Source: Burkholderiales bacterium (GTDB taxonomy: Bacteria; Pseudomonadota; Gammaproteobacteria; Burkholderiales; SHXO01). Taken from it: a stretch of DNA of 51,099 nt. Where the stretch lies: assembly GCA_035622675.1 (NCBI GenBank), contig DASPUW010000333.1, forward strand, positions 1 through 51,099, in the 5' to 3' direction. Within the stretch, counting starts at the first letter, position 1. Each line of letters begins with the position of its first letter. Shown here piece after piece: positions 1-8,436 of the stretch. The notes below the pieces were generated by a model. The model was not told the origin of the DNA, ran no database searches, and saw only the letters and a program-made list of their open reading frames with translations. The translations under genes were made by a program, and so were the position numbers.

Positions 1-472
1 GCTGGTCGTACGCACCTTCGTGATAGTGCGTGATGCCGATGTAGCGCACCCGCCCCTGCTCCTTCCACTCCCTGAGTGTAGCCGTGTGCGTTTTCCAGTC
101 GACCAGGTTGTGAATCTGCATGAGGTCGATCGTGCTGCTCCCCAGGAAGTGGAGCGATTGCTCCATCTGTCGCACACCTGCCTCTTGGCCGCTAGTCCAC
201 ACCTTCGTGGCCAGAAACAGGGAAGGGCACAGCGCGAGCTCGGAGCCGAGAGCACCGACCACCTCTTCGGCCCGTCCGTACATCGGGGAGCTGTCCACTA
301 CGCTGCCGCCCGCATCCACGAAGCTTTGCAGCACCCCTTTGAGCGCTGCCCGATCGGGCGCGCGGGCTCCGACATCGAAAGCCTGGTACGTGCCCAACCC
401 GATGACGGGGATCTGTTCGCCGCTGGCCGGGATTGCACGCCGCAGCTGAGGTGAGACGGAATCTTTGATCAT
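1..472 (-). CDS. aldo/keto reductase (3' part cut by window edge)
   Basis: Open frame absent from the ORF track because it has no stop before the edge. ATG at 472..470. Translation MIKDSVSPQLRRAIPASGEQIPVIGLGTYQAFDV...VDSSPMYGRAEEVVG...LATKVW...IDLMQIHN...YIGITHY matches the N-terminal half of AKR enzymes. Confidence 0.8.
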   Translation of the reverse strand, partial: MIKDSVSPQLRRAIPASGEQIPVIGLGTYQAFDVGARAPDRAALKGVLQSFVDAGGSVVDSSPMYGRAEEVVGALGSELALCPSLFLATKVWTSGQEAGVRQMEQSLHFLGSSTIDLMQIHNLVDWKTHTATLREWKEQGRVRYIGITHYHEGAYDQ

Positions 473-519
473 GCCCCGCGGCACCGGCGGGCGTCCCCGG
501 CGTGGGGAACGGGGGCCTG

Positions 520-546
520 TTGACTTTTCTCAAAAAGGCGTATCAT
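520..546 (+). promoter_or_regulatory. candidate sigma70 promoter of cspA
   Basis: TTGACT (520..525), 15-nt spacer, TATCAT (541..546). The spacer is shorter than optimal, so this is tentative. Confidence 0.35.
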
Positions 547-688
547 CCGCGCCCATGTTTGAGTTCAAGCGTTCGTCTGTACCGGTTAAGCCGTACGCGG
601 TCTTGCAGCCCAAACATCCTAGCCCAAATGCATGAGGGCTTCGCAACGGGTCAAGGCCCGCATCTTCAATTTTAGATAGGAAACAGCA
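547..688 (+). promoter_or_regulatory. long 5' leader of cold-shock gene
   Basis: About 140 nt of lower-GC non-coding sequence lie between the candidate promoter and the cspA ATG. CspA-family mRNAs are known to carry long structured leaders. Structure not computed. Confidence 0.35.
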
Positions 689-892
689 ATGGCAACTGGT
701 ACGGTCAAATGGTTCAACGAAGCCAAGGGTTACGGTTTCATTACGCCGGACGAGAAAGGCGAAGATCTGTTCGCGCATTTCTCGGCGATCAACATGAGCG
801 GGTTCAAGACGCTCAAGGAAGGTCAGCGCGTGAGCTTCGAGGTAACCACCGGCCCCAAGGGCAAGCAGGCTTCTAACATCCAGCCTGCCTGA
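689..892 (+). CDS. cspA: cold-shock protein, CspA family
   Basis: 67 aa. [34 protein letters not shown] contains the RNP1 (KGYGFI) and RNP2 (LFAHF) motifs. Confidence 0.97.
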   Translation: MATGTVKWFNEAKGYGFITPDEKGEDLFAHFSAINMSGFKTLKEGQRVSFEVTTGPKGKQASNIQPA

Positions 893-912
893 ACCTCTTC
901 TAGTACTTCGGC

Positions 913-943
913 AAGGGCCCGCTTCGGCGGGCCTTTGCTTTTT
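913..943 (+). terminator. rho-independent terminator after cspA
   Basis: 10-bp stem AAGGGCCCGC / GCGGGCCTTT (one G-U pair) with TTCG loop, followed by GCTTTTT. Confidence 0.85.
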
Positions 944-1000
944 ATGCGAGACTTGATCGGAGCTTCCCCGCTCAACTCGCCTCCCGCACTCTTCCGCTCC

Positions 1001-2209
1001 ATGTCGATCTCGCTCGAGGATGTCCGAGCCGCCGCCGCGGAAATTGCCGGCGCGGTGGTCGAGACGCCTTGCATGCTATCGCGGACCCTGTCGGAGATCA
1101 CCGGCGCACAGGTTTTCGTCAAGTTCGAGAATCACCAGTTCACCGCCTCATTCAAGGAGCGCGGTGCGCTGGTGAAGCTCAAGTCACTCTCACGGGAGCA
1201 GCGCGTGCGAGGTGTGATCGCGGCGTCGGCCGGCAATCACGCGCAGGGCGTGGCCTACCATGCGAAGCGCCTGGGCATCCCAGCGGTGATCGTCATGCCG
1301 CGCTACACGCCCGCGGTGAAAGTCGAGCAGACGCGCGCATTCGGTGCCGAGGTCGTGCTCGAGGGGGCTCTGTTCGATGACGCCAAAGCGCATGCCGCGG
1401 CGCTGGCCGAGCAGCGTGCGCTCACCATGGTGCATCCTTACGACGACGAGAAGGTGATGGCGGGACAGGGCACCGTCGCCCTGGAGATGCTCGCCGCGCA
1501 CCCCGAGCTGGAGGTATTGATCGTCCCGATCGGCGGCGGTGGTTTGATTTCGGGCATGGCGGTGGCAGCCAAGGGGTTGAAGGCGACGATCGAAGTCATC
1601 GGCGTGCAGACCGAGCGCTTTCCGTCGATGTATTGCGCGCTGCACGGTACACCGCCGAAATTCGGCGCTACCACGATCGCCGACGGGATCGCCGTCAAAG
1701 AACCGGGCCGGCTGACTCTACCCGTGGTGCGGGACCAAGTGAGCGATGTGCTGCTGGTCGATGAGGGCGACATCGAGCAGGCCATCGTCCTGTTGCTGGA
1801 AATCGAGAAGACCGTGGTGGAGGGGGCGGGTGCTGTCGGCCTGGCATGCCTGCTGCGCTACCCGCAGCGTTTTGCCGGGCGTCGAGTCGGGCTGGTGCTG
1901 TGCGGGGGAAACATCGACCCGCTCATGCTGTCCGACATCATCGAGCGCGGGATGGTGCGCTCGGGGCGGCTGACGCGGCTGCAGGTCGAGCTGCGCGATC
2001 TGCCGGGGTCGCTGGCGCAGGTCACCGCCTGCCTGGCCGAGGCGAACGCCAACATCGAAGAGGTTCACCATCAGCGCGCATTCACGCATCTGCCGGTGCG
2101 CACGGCTGAGGTCGATTTCGTTCTCGAAACGCGCAGCCACGAGCATGTGCGGCAGATCATCGAGGCCCTGGCCCGCGCGGGCTTCGCAGCACGGTTGCAC
2201 AACGACTAG
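1001..2209 (+). CDS. threonine ammonia-lyase (threonine dehydratase) with C-terminal ACT-like domain
   Basis: PLP-enzyme motifs FKERGA and SAGNHAQGVAYHA, plus the glycine loop PIGGGGLISG. The ATG at 1001 is preferred over the track start at 935, which overlaps the cspA terminator. Confidence 0.9.
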   Translation: MSISLEDVRAAAAEIAGAVVETPCMLSRTLSEITGAQVFVKFENHQFTASFKERGALVKLKSLSREQRVRGVIAASAGNHAQGVAYHAKRLGIPAVIVMPRYTPAVKVEQTRAFGAEVVLEGALFDDAKAHAAALAEQRALTMVHPYDDEKVMAGQGTVALEMLAAHPELEVLIVPIGGGGLISGMAVAAKGLKATIEVIGVQTERFPSMYCALHGTPPKFGATTIADGIAVKEPGRLTLPVVRDQVSDVLLVDEGDIEQAIVLLLEIEKTVVEGAGAVGLACLLRYPQRFAGRRVGLVLCGGNIDPLMLSDIIERGMVRSGRLTRLQVELRDLPGSLAQVTACLAEANANIEEVHHQRAFTHLPVRTAEVDFVLETRSHEHVRQIIEALARAGFAARLHND

Positions 2210-2311
2210 AACAGCCGTGACGCGTGAACGGCCCGCACTCCGAAGAAGGAACGTCTGAGGTATCACGAGCGTCCAAGTAGCCAATCACGATCACGAACCA
2301 CGGACCTTACC

Positions 2312-2833
2312 ATGGCACGAGTACCGTACGTAGACGACGCGGGCAACCCCCAGCTCAAGCCGATCGCGGACCGGATCCGCGCTGAGCGCGGCGGGCGGCT
2401 GCTCAACCTGTACCGGGCGCTGCTGAACAACCCGCAGCTGGCGGACGCGTGGCGCCAGCTGTTTACGGTGATCCGTCAGCAATGCGAGCTGCCCTCCCGC
2501 GAGCGCGAGCTGGTGATCATGGCCATCGCCGTGATGAACGGCGCCGACTACGAGTACAGCCATCACGCGCCGATCGCGCTCGCCGCCGGGCTGACGCAGG
2601 CGCAGCTCGATGCACTGCCGCGCTGGCGCGATGCGACCGTGTTCGATGCCCGCGACTGCGCCGTCCTCGCGTACGCCGAAGCCATGACACGCGAAGTGCA
2701 TGTCGCGGAAGCGGTGTTCCAGGCGGTGGCGCACTGGTTCGGGCCGCGCCAGATGGTCGAGCTCACCGCAACCATTGGCGGTTACAACCTCGTGTCGCGT
2801 GTCCTGGAAGCGTTGCAGGTCGACCACGAGTAG
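2312..2833 (+). CDS. carboxymuconolactone decarboxylase (CMD/AhpD-like) family protein
   Basis: 173 aa with the typical CMD core RERELVIMAIAVMNGADYEYSHH and no CxxC motif. Confidence 0.8.
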   Translation: MARVPYVDDAGNPQLKPIADRIRAERGGRLLNLYRALLNNPQLADAWRQLFTVIRQQCELPSRERELVIMAIAVMNGADYEYSHHAPIALAAGLTQAQLDALPRWRDATVFDARDCAVLAYAEAMTREVHVAEAVFQAVAHWFGPRQMVELTATIGGYNLVSRVLEALQVDHE

Positions 2834-2840
2834 CAGGCGC

Positions 2841-4115
2841 ATGGATCGCCTGCTGTCCGTCTTGGCCGTGCTCGCGCTCGCCGTCGCGCCCGCGGCTGCC
2901 CGCGCCCAAGTCGGAGTGCTGCCGGAGATCGCCGGCGCCGCCAGTGTCGCGGTGCCCGGAGTCGGTGTGATCCAGGGCGGGTATCTGTTCCAACCGCCGG
3001 TACGCAGACCGCCGATGCCAGCGTTGCTCGTGCTGCACGACAACCCCGGCAGCGCCGAGGACGTGGAGAGCGTTGCTCGCAACCTGGCCGAACGCGGGTA
3101 CGTTGCCCTGGCGCTCAGCATGCGGGGATTCCCCGGTTCCGAGGGGGAGGACGATTGCGGCGCGCGACAGGCGGACGACGCGGTCGAGGCGCTCTACTGG
3201 TTGGCGCGCCAGCCGGGCGTAGACCGCAGCCGCCTGGGCATCCTCGGCTTCGGCCAGGGTGCTCAGGTCGCGCTCTTGGCCGCAGCGCGCAGCTCGCTGG
3301 CCAAGGCGGTGGTCGCCTATTTTCCCGTCACCGACGTTACGCGCTGGAGCGAAGGCACCATCTACCAGAGCGTGCGCGACTACGTCGCACGCGTCTGCCA
3401 GCAGCAAGCGCCGAGCAGCGTTTCGCCGTTCCTGCACGCTGCGACCATCAGCGCGCCGGTCCTCCTGATCCACGGCGACGAAGACGACAGGGTCCCGGCC
3501 GAGCAAAGCAGACTGATGCACGATGCTCTGCAAGGCCTGGGCCGCCAGTCGGAGCTGCGTCTCGTGCTCGGCGCACGGCACGGATTCACGCCTGACGAGC
3601 TGGAGGAGAGCTGGCCCTGGGTGATGAATTTCCTGGGCCGCAACCAGATGCTCTCGCTCGCGGCGCGGTCGCACGAGCAGCAGCGCCGGGTGAACGCCTT
3701 CACTGAGCAGGGCTGGGCGTCGCGCCTAGGCCAGCGGGGAATCGACACCATCCGCGATCTGGGCCAGATCAAGCGCGAAAAGGTCACGCTGGTGAAGAAC
3801 CCGCACGTCGACGGCCGCACCGACGAGATCCGCGAATTCTTCCTGCCGGGGCTATACGTGAAGGCGCTGTTCCCAGGGCGGCAGCACAAAGCCTACCTGC
3901 TGCAGGAGGTCGAGATCACGGACCCGCGCTGGCGCGCGAAATACGGGCTGAATCTTGGAGCCACGCGCGCGAGCATCGAGGACAAGCTCGGCCAGCCCGA
4001 CGGCGAGCAGGACGGCTTCCTCGAGTACTTCCATTCCATGGGCATTGGCACGGCGCGCATCTACCTGCGCGACGAGCGGATCGTGAAGCTCGAGTGGGAG
4101 TTTCGCGCCGATTGA
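2841..4115 (+). CDS. secreted alpha/beta hydrolase (dienelactone hydrolase / S9-like fold) with extra C-terminal domain
   Basis: ATG at 2841 followed by the signal peptide MDRLLSVLAVLALAVAPAAARA. Fold motifs are ALLVLHD, LLIHGDEDDRVP and ARHGF. The nucleophile elbow reads GFGQG. About 150 C-terminal residues match no family I recognise. Confidence 0.75.
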   Translation: MDRLLSVLAVLALAVAPAAARAQVGVLPEIAGAASVAVPGVGVIQGGYLFQPPVRRPPMPALLVLHDNPGSAEDVESVARNLAERGYVALALSMRGFPGSEGEDDCGARQADDAVEALYWLARQPGVDRSRLGILGFGQGAQVALLAAARSSLAKAVVAYFPVTDVTRWSEGTIYQSVRDYVARVCQQQAPSSVSPFLHAATISAPVLLIHGDEDDRVPAEQSRLMHDALQGLGRQSELRLVLGARHGFTPDELEESWPWVMNFLGRNQMLSLAARSHEQQRRVNAFTEQGWASRLGQRGIDTIRDLGQIKREKVTLVKNPHVDGRTDEIREFFLPGLYVKALFPGRQHKAYLLQEVEITDPRWRAKYGLNLGATRASIEDKLGQPDGEQDGFLEYFHSMGIGTARIYLRDERIVKLEWEFRAD

Positions 4116-4150
4116 ACCGCCGGCGTCATTATGGACACCTGGCGGGTGAT

Positions 4151-4207
4151 CCGGAATCCAGGTGCGCGCGGAGCGGCGGCCTCCTGCACCGCCTGTCTGG
4201 ATTCCGG
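4151..4207. terminator. long inverted repeat between convergent genes
   Basis: CCGGAATCCAG (4151..4161) pairs perfectly with CTGGATTCCGG (4197..4207), with further inner GGTGC/GCACC pairing. No T-run follows. Confidence 0.4.
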
Positions 4208-4244
4208 GTCGCCGCGTTTGCGACGCCCGGAATGACGGCCTAGG

Positions 4245-4673
4245 TCATCCTTCTCGGGGGGCGAGCAGGACCATCTGCGTCTGCGTCACCAGAGCCACTA
4301 GGCGACTCGACTCGCTCTCGATGCGCGTCTGCCAGACCATGGTGGTTCGGCCGCGATGCACCGGTGTCGACGTTCCCAGCACGCGCGAGCCCTCCGCGGC
4401 GGCGCTCAGGAAATTGGTCTTCGACTCGATGGTCGTTGTGCGCGCGCCTTCAGGCAAGTTCGCGATTGTGCCAATCGCGCCCAGCGTGTCCGCGAAGGCC
4501 ATGATGGCTCCCCCGTGCAGGGCCTGCCCGAGCGTGCAGAGGTCTGAGCGCACGGTGAGCTCTGCCACGACCTTCTCGCGGGTTACCTCGATCAGCCGGA
4601 TGCCGAGCAGGCCCGGAAGCCCGTCCTTGAACTTCTCCTGCATGGTTGCAGCCAGGTCCATCAGCGCCTCCAA
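4245..4673 (-). CDS. PaaI-family hotdog-fold thioesterase
   Basis: 142 aa. GQALHGGAIMAFADTLGA and the C-terminal VHRGRTTMVWQTRI are typical of PaaI/YbgC-like thioesterases. Confidence 0.88.
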   Translation of the reverse strand: MEALMDLAATMQEKFKDGLPGLLGIRLIEVTREKVVAELTVRSDLCTLGQALHGGAIMAFADTLGAIGTIANLPEGARTTTIESKTNFLSAAAEGSRVLGTSTPVHRGRTTMVWQTRIESESSRLVALVTQTQMVLLAPREG

Positions 4674-4679
4674 CCAGCC

Positions 4680-5432
4680 TCATGGATCGAGCCGGACATA
4701 GAGCCGTTTGTTGATCTTTCCTTTGTTCTCGGTGCGCAGCACCGAGAACCTGCCTACCTCGCCCGTGCTGCGCACATGCGTTCCGCCACAGGCCTGCGCG
4801 TCGAAACCTTCGATTTCCACCACCCGGACCTGGCCTTGCACCACCGGCGGCTTCGCCTCCAGCGTTCTGAGCAGGTCGTTGCGCTCGCGGAACTCGTCTT
4901 CGGTGAGATAGTACGACTTGAGCACAGACCCGCGCTCCAGGACGGCGTTCACCTTCCTCTCCAATTCGGCGCACAGCGCCGCGGAAAAAGCGTCCAGCTT
5001 GAAATCTATCCGGGAGTAGTCGACCGCGATTTGCACCCCGGTGATCCATCCGCCGTATTCCCGCAGCGTGATCGTGTTCAGCACGTGCAGCACGGTATGG
5101 TAGCGCGCATGCGCGAGGCGACGCGGCTGATCCAGCAGCAGCGTGGCCGGTGATCCGAGAATTTCGCCCGACGGCGCTGTCTTGAGCAAATGCCAGATCG
5201 TATCGGTCGCATCCACGTGAACCGAAACGATCTCGAGAGTCTCCCCGCCGCGGATCTTCACCCAGCCCTGGTCGGGCGGCTGGCCTCCGCCGCCCGGATA
5301 GAAGCAGGTCCGGTCGAACGCGACGCAATCGTCCCGCATGGCGATGACATTCGCCTCGGCCTCGAAACAATGGTCATCCTGCAGATACAGGCGCGCGGTG
5401 CTGTTTGCTGGCCCGCGCTCGTCCGCGCTCAC
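4680..5432 (-). CDS. alanyl-tRNA editing protein (AlaX-type, tRNA synthetase SAD domain)
   Basis: Zinc and editing motifs HTVLHVL and CGGTHV. GTG start at 5432 overlaps the upstream stop (GTGA). Confidence 0.88.
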   Translation of the reverse strand: MSADERGPANSTARLYLQDDHCFEAEANVIAMRDDCVAFDRTCFYPGGGGQPPDQGWVKIRGGETLEIVSVHVDATDTIWHLLKTAPSGEILGSPATLLLDQPRRLAHARYHTVLHVLNTITLREYGGWITGVQIAVDYSRIDFKLDAFSAALCAELERKVNAVLERGSVLKSYYLTEDEFRERNDLLRTLEAKPPVVQGQVRVVEIEGFDAQACGGTHVRSTGEVGRFSVLRTENKGKINKRLYVRLDP

Positions 5433-6532
5433 CGCTGACGGACGAACTTCTGCACGCGTTTGCCGGTGTCGACATCGCCCGTGTACAGGTTGCCCTGCGA
5501 GTCGATCGCGATCGCATGCACCCAGTGAAACTCACCGGCGTAGCGCCCTGGCCGGCCGAACGCGCTGACCTCCCTGCCGCTCGCCCGCTCCAGGACATGC
5601 ACCTCGTTATTGGTGCCGTCGGCGACGTAGAGGTAGTTCTGTCCGGTGTCCTCGGACAGCGCGATGTCCCAGACCGAGCCCGCGCCGCGGGTGGATGGCT
5701 CGAGAATGAACTCGGTGACGAAGCTGCCGTCCTTGTTGAACACCTGCACGCGGTCGTTGACCCGGTCGCAGACATACACCAGTCCATCTCTCGAGATGCG
5801 CACGCAGTGAACCGGAGTGCGGAACTGCTTCGCTTCCGGCGCGCCGGGCTCATACGCGCCGAGGTCTGCGTCGTCCGGCCGCGCACCAAAGGCTCCCCAA
5901 TGACGCTTGTAGCCCCCGGACTGCGCGTCCATCACCAGGACGCGCCGGTTCTTGTAGCCGTCGGCGATGTACACCTCGCCTGCCGCCTGATCGACGATGG
6001 CGAGAGCGGGGCGGCCGAGCTCGGTCGTGCTGTTGCTGTCGCCGGTCTGGCCCGAGCGCCCGATCTGCAGCAGGAACTTGCCGTCGCGGGTGAACTTGAG
6101 GACCTGATGATCCGACTTCCCGTTTCCTCCCAGCCACACGTTGTCCTGAGCATCGACGAAGATGCCGTGCTCGTTTTCGGGCCACTCGAAGCCCGCGCCG
6201 GGACCTCCCCAGGCTTGCAGCAGATTGCCCTGCTGGTCGAACTCGAGCACAGGCGGCGCGGGGAGGCAGCACTTCGACACCGGTGGCTTCAGGGCTGCGC
6301 CGCGCTCGTCGTCGGTGAGTGTGCGGGGGCGTTGATACACCCAGATGTGATCGTGCGAATCGACCGCGATGCCGCCGATCTGGCCGAGAATCCATTTGTG
6401 CGGCAGCGGCTTGGGCCAGTATGGATCGACCGCGAAGCGGGGTGCGTCCTGAGCGCGAGCCGGGCCGCATGCGCACAGCGACAGCAGCGCGACGGCGGCG
6501 AGCAGGATAGAGGCGAGATCGAGGCGACGCAT
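5429..6532 (-). CDS. exported six-bladed beta-propeller protein (NHL-repeat / PAL-like)
   Basis: N-terminal signal or lipobox-like sequence LLSLCACG. Repeated blade motifs include GIAVDSHDHIWV, GIFVDAQDNVWL, VYIADGYKNRRV, LVYVCDRVNDRVQVF, YLYVADGTNNEVHV and AIAIDSQGNLYTGD. Confidence 0.8.
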   Translation of the reverse strand: MRRLDLASILLAAVALLSLCACGPARAQDAPRFAVDPYWPKPLPHKWILGQIGGIAVDSHDHIWVYQRPRTLTDDERGAALKPPVSKCCLPAPPVLEFDQQGNLLQAWGGPGAGFEWPENEHGIFVDAQDNVWLGGNGKSDHQVLKFTRDGKFLLQIGRSGQTGDSNSTTELGRPALAIVDQAAGEVYIADGYKNRRVLVMDAQSGGYKRHWGAFGARPDDADLGAYEPGAPEAKQFRTPVHCVRISRDGLVYVCDRVNDRVQVFNKDGSFVTEFILEPSTRGAGSVWDIALSEDTGQNYLYVADGTNNEVHVLERASGREVSAFGRPGRYAGEFHWVHAIAIDSQGNLYTGDVDTGKRVQKFVRQR

Positions 6533-6537
6533 AGGCG

Positions 6538-7737
6538 TTATGCAGCCGACGGAAAGCAGGCCGGTCCGAGCGGCTCGAACCTCTTGTACGTCAGGACGAA
6601 CTCCTGGTGGCCGAGCGCTTCGGACTTGGTCTTCTTGCCCCCTGCCACCTCGACGACCAGATCGTAGATCTCTCGACCCACTTCATCCAGCGTGGCGCGA
6701 CCCTCGAGGATGCGTCCGGCGTCCACGTCCATGTCGTCGGACATGCGCTTGTAGGTCTTCGGATTGGCGCAGACCTTGATGATCGGAGAGATCGCCGACC
6801 CCACCACCGAACCGCGCCCGGTGGAGAACATCACCAGGTGCGCTCCGCATGCGATCATCTCTGCGACCTCGACGTTGTCGTTGATGTTGGGGAACCCGAA
6901 GCGCACCTCACCGTCAGGGATCATGTCCATCAAGTACAGGCCGCCAGCCAGTGGCACGTCGCCCGGCTTGATGATGCCGCTGATGCGCGACTGGCCGCTC
7001 TTAGCATAGGCGCCGAGCGATTTCTCCTCGATGGTGGTGAGCCCGCCGTCCGCGTTGCCGGGCGCGAAGCTCGCGTGGCCCAAAGTGGCGTAGTAGCGCG
7101 CCGCCTTCGCCACTGTCTTGACGATCTCCTGCCCGAGCTCGGGCGTCGAGGCGCGCTCGGCCATCCAGTTCTCCATGCCGATCAGCTCACCCGTTTCCTC
7201 GAAGATGCAGGCCGCTTTCTGCTGCACCAGATGATCGAAGGCGCGGCCCATAGCCGGGTTGGCGGTTAGCCCCGAGGTCGCATCGGAGCCGCCGCACTTC
7301 GTGCCGACGATCAGCTCGCTCAGTTCCATGCTTACCCGTGGTGTGGCTTGCAGCTCGACGAGCGTGCGCTCGATCCACGCCCGGCCCTCAGCGATGCTGC
7401 TGCGCGTGCCGCCTGCGTCCTGGATGACGACCAGCTGCCCCGGACGCCCCGAGCGGCGGATGGTATCGAGCAGCGCGCCTTTGTTGAATCCTTCGCACCC
7501 CAGCGAGACGAGCAGCGCGGCGCCCGTGTTGGGGTGCGTGCACAGCCGCTCCATCATCTTGTGCGAGTAGGCGTTGGGATAGCAGCCCGAGAAGCCGATC
7601 AGGTTCACGCCCCTTTCGCGGAACGGGTGCACGATTTCCCGCGCCACGTGATGCGCGCATTCGACCAGATAGGCGACCGCAATGTTGTTTCGGATGCCCT
7701 TGCGCTGATCGCTGCGCAAGTAGCCGGTGACCGTCAT
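6538..7737 (-). CDS. UxaA-family sugar-acid dehydratase, large (catalytic) subunit
   Basis: 399 aa. GYLRSDQRKGIRN, GCEGFN and VGTKCGGSDATSGLTANP are typical of altronate/galactarate dehydratase C-terminal domains. Confidence 0.88.
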   Translation of the reverse strand: MTVTGYLRSDQRKGIRNNIAVAYLVECAHHVAREIVHPFRERGVNLIGFSGCYPNAYSHKMMERLCTHPNTGAALLVSLGCEGFNKGALLDTIRRSGRPGQLVVIQDAGGTRSSIAEGRAWIERTLVELQATPRVSMELSELIVGTKCGGSDATSGLTANPAMGRAFDHLVQQKAACIFEETGELIGMENWMAERASTPELGQEIVKTVAKAARYYATLGHASFAPGNADGGLTTIEEKSLGAYAKSGQSRISGIIKPGDVPLAGGLYLMDMIPDGEVRFGFPNINDNVEVAEMIACGAHLVMFSTGRGSVVGSAISPIIKVCANPKTYKRMSDDMDVDAGRILEGRATLDEVGREIYDLVVEVAGGKKTKSEALGHQEFVLTYKRFEPLGPACFPSAA

Positions 7738-8066
7738 TTGGCTTCCTTCACGAACTGGTGTCCTTCCTCGAGCGTGTAGGTAGGCAGATAGGCGCTCGTC
7801 ATGTTGTGCGTGTGAACGTACTCGCCCGGCTGGATATCACGTGTGGCGACTCCGATCGGCGCACCGTACTTCACGATGCGGGTGCCGGCCTCGATCGCCC
7901 GCACCGCGAACTTGTGGCCCACCTCTACCCCTGCAGTCAGCACCACCTTGCGTCCACCGATCTCACGCGCGGTGCCGGCGGGGAGCTCGCTGGTGGCCAC
8001 CGCGATGTTGTCGCCTGCAGCCAGAAGCAGCACACCCGAGCCGTCGGTCTTCTGAAACAAAGCCAT
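7734..8066 (-). CDS. UxaA-family dehydratase, small SAF-domain subunit
   Basis: 110 aa with a SAF-like GDNIAVA...VEVGHKFAV...GAPIG...IQPGEYVHTHN. Overlaps the large-subunit gene by 4 nt. Confidence 0.85.
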   Translation of the reverse strand: MALFQKTDGSGVLLLAAGDNIAVATSELPAGTAREIGGRKVVLTAGVEVGHKFAVRAIEAGTRIVKYGAPIGVATRDIQPGEYVHTHNMTSAYLPTYTLEEGHQFVKEAK

Positions 8067-8142
8067 GCGCTATCCGCCTCGCAACAGGGCGATAGTGTAG
8101 CCGTTCCCCGTGCGCCGGGTTTGGTGGCTGTCCTGTGCGACC

Positions 8143-8174
8143 GCAAAAAAAGAAGCGGAGCCCGGAGGCTCCGC
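8143..8174 (-). terminator. rho-independent terminator (minus strand)
   Basis: Stem GCGGAGCC (8155..8162) / GGCTCCGC (8167..8174) with a 4-nt loop. Read on the minus strand it is followed by CTTCTTTTTTTGC. Confidence 0.75.
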
Positions 8175-8350
8175 TGTCAGGGGGAAACGAGAAAAGCTGT
8201 GCTGCGTCTGCAACGCTCCGCCGGCTTTGCTGTCACCGGCCCTTCCCGGAGCGGGAGGCGTCGCGCGCGGAGGAGTGCGCGCGCGCCGCTCTCCTTGTTT
8301 CGGTCTTCCTTCCCCTTGAGGTACCGTCTGTCTCGAAGGAGTTTTGTTGT
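8143..8350 (-). ncRNA. candidate small RNA or structured 3' UTR (speculative)
   Basis: Minus-strand TTGCCC (8386..8381), 18 nt, TATACT (8362..8357) looks promoter-like. About 200 nt of GC-rich palindromic sequence follows, ending at the terminator above. No convincing ORF. Confidence 0.2.
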
Positions 8351-8436
8351 GGGTTCAGTATAGGAGCGGCGTGCGTCACAGGGCAAGTTAAGCATGGTCA
8401 ACCGTGTGTCAACAATCCGCGATGTCAGATTCCGGC

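Noticed and set aside
20-454. Plus-strand ORFs 20..454 and 120..449 at the left edge.
   Set aside because: The minus-strand frame, which is not in the track because it runs off the edge, translates to a clean aldo/keto reductase N-terminal half starting at 472.
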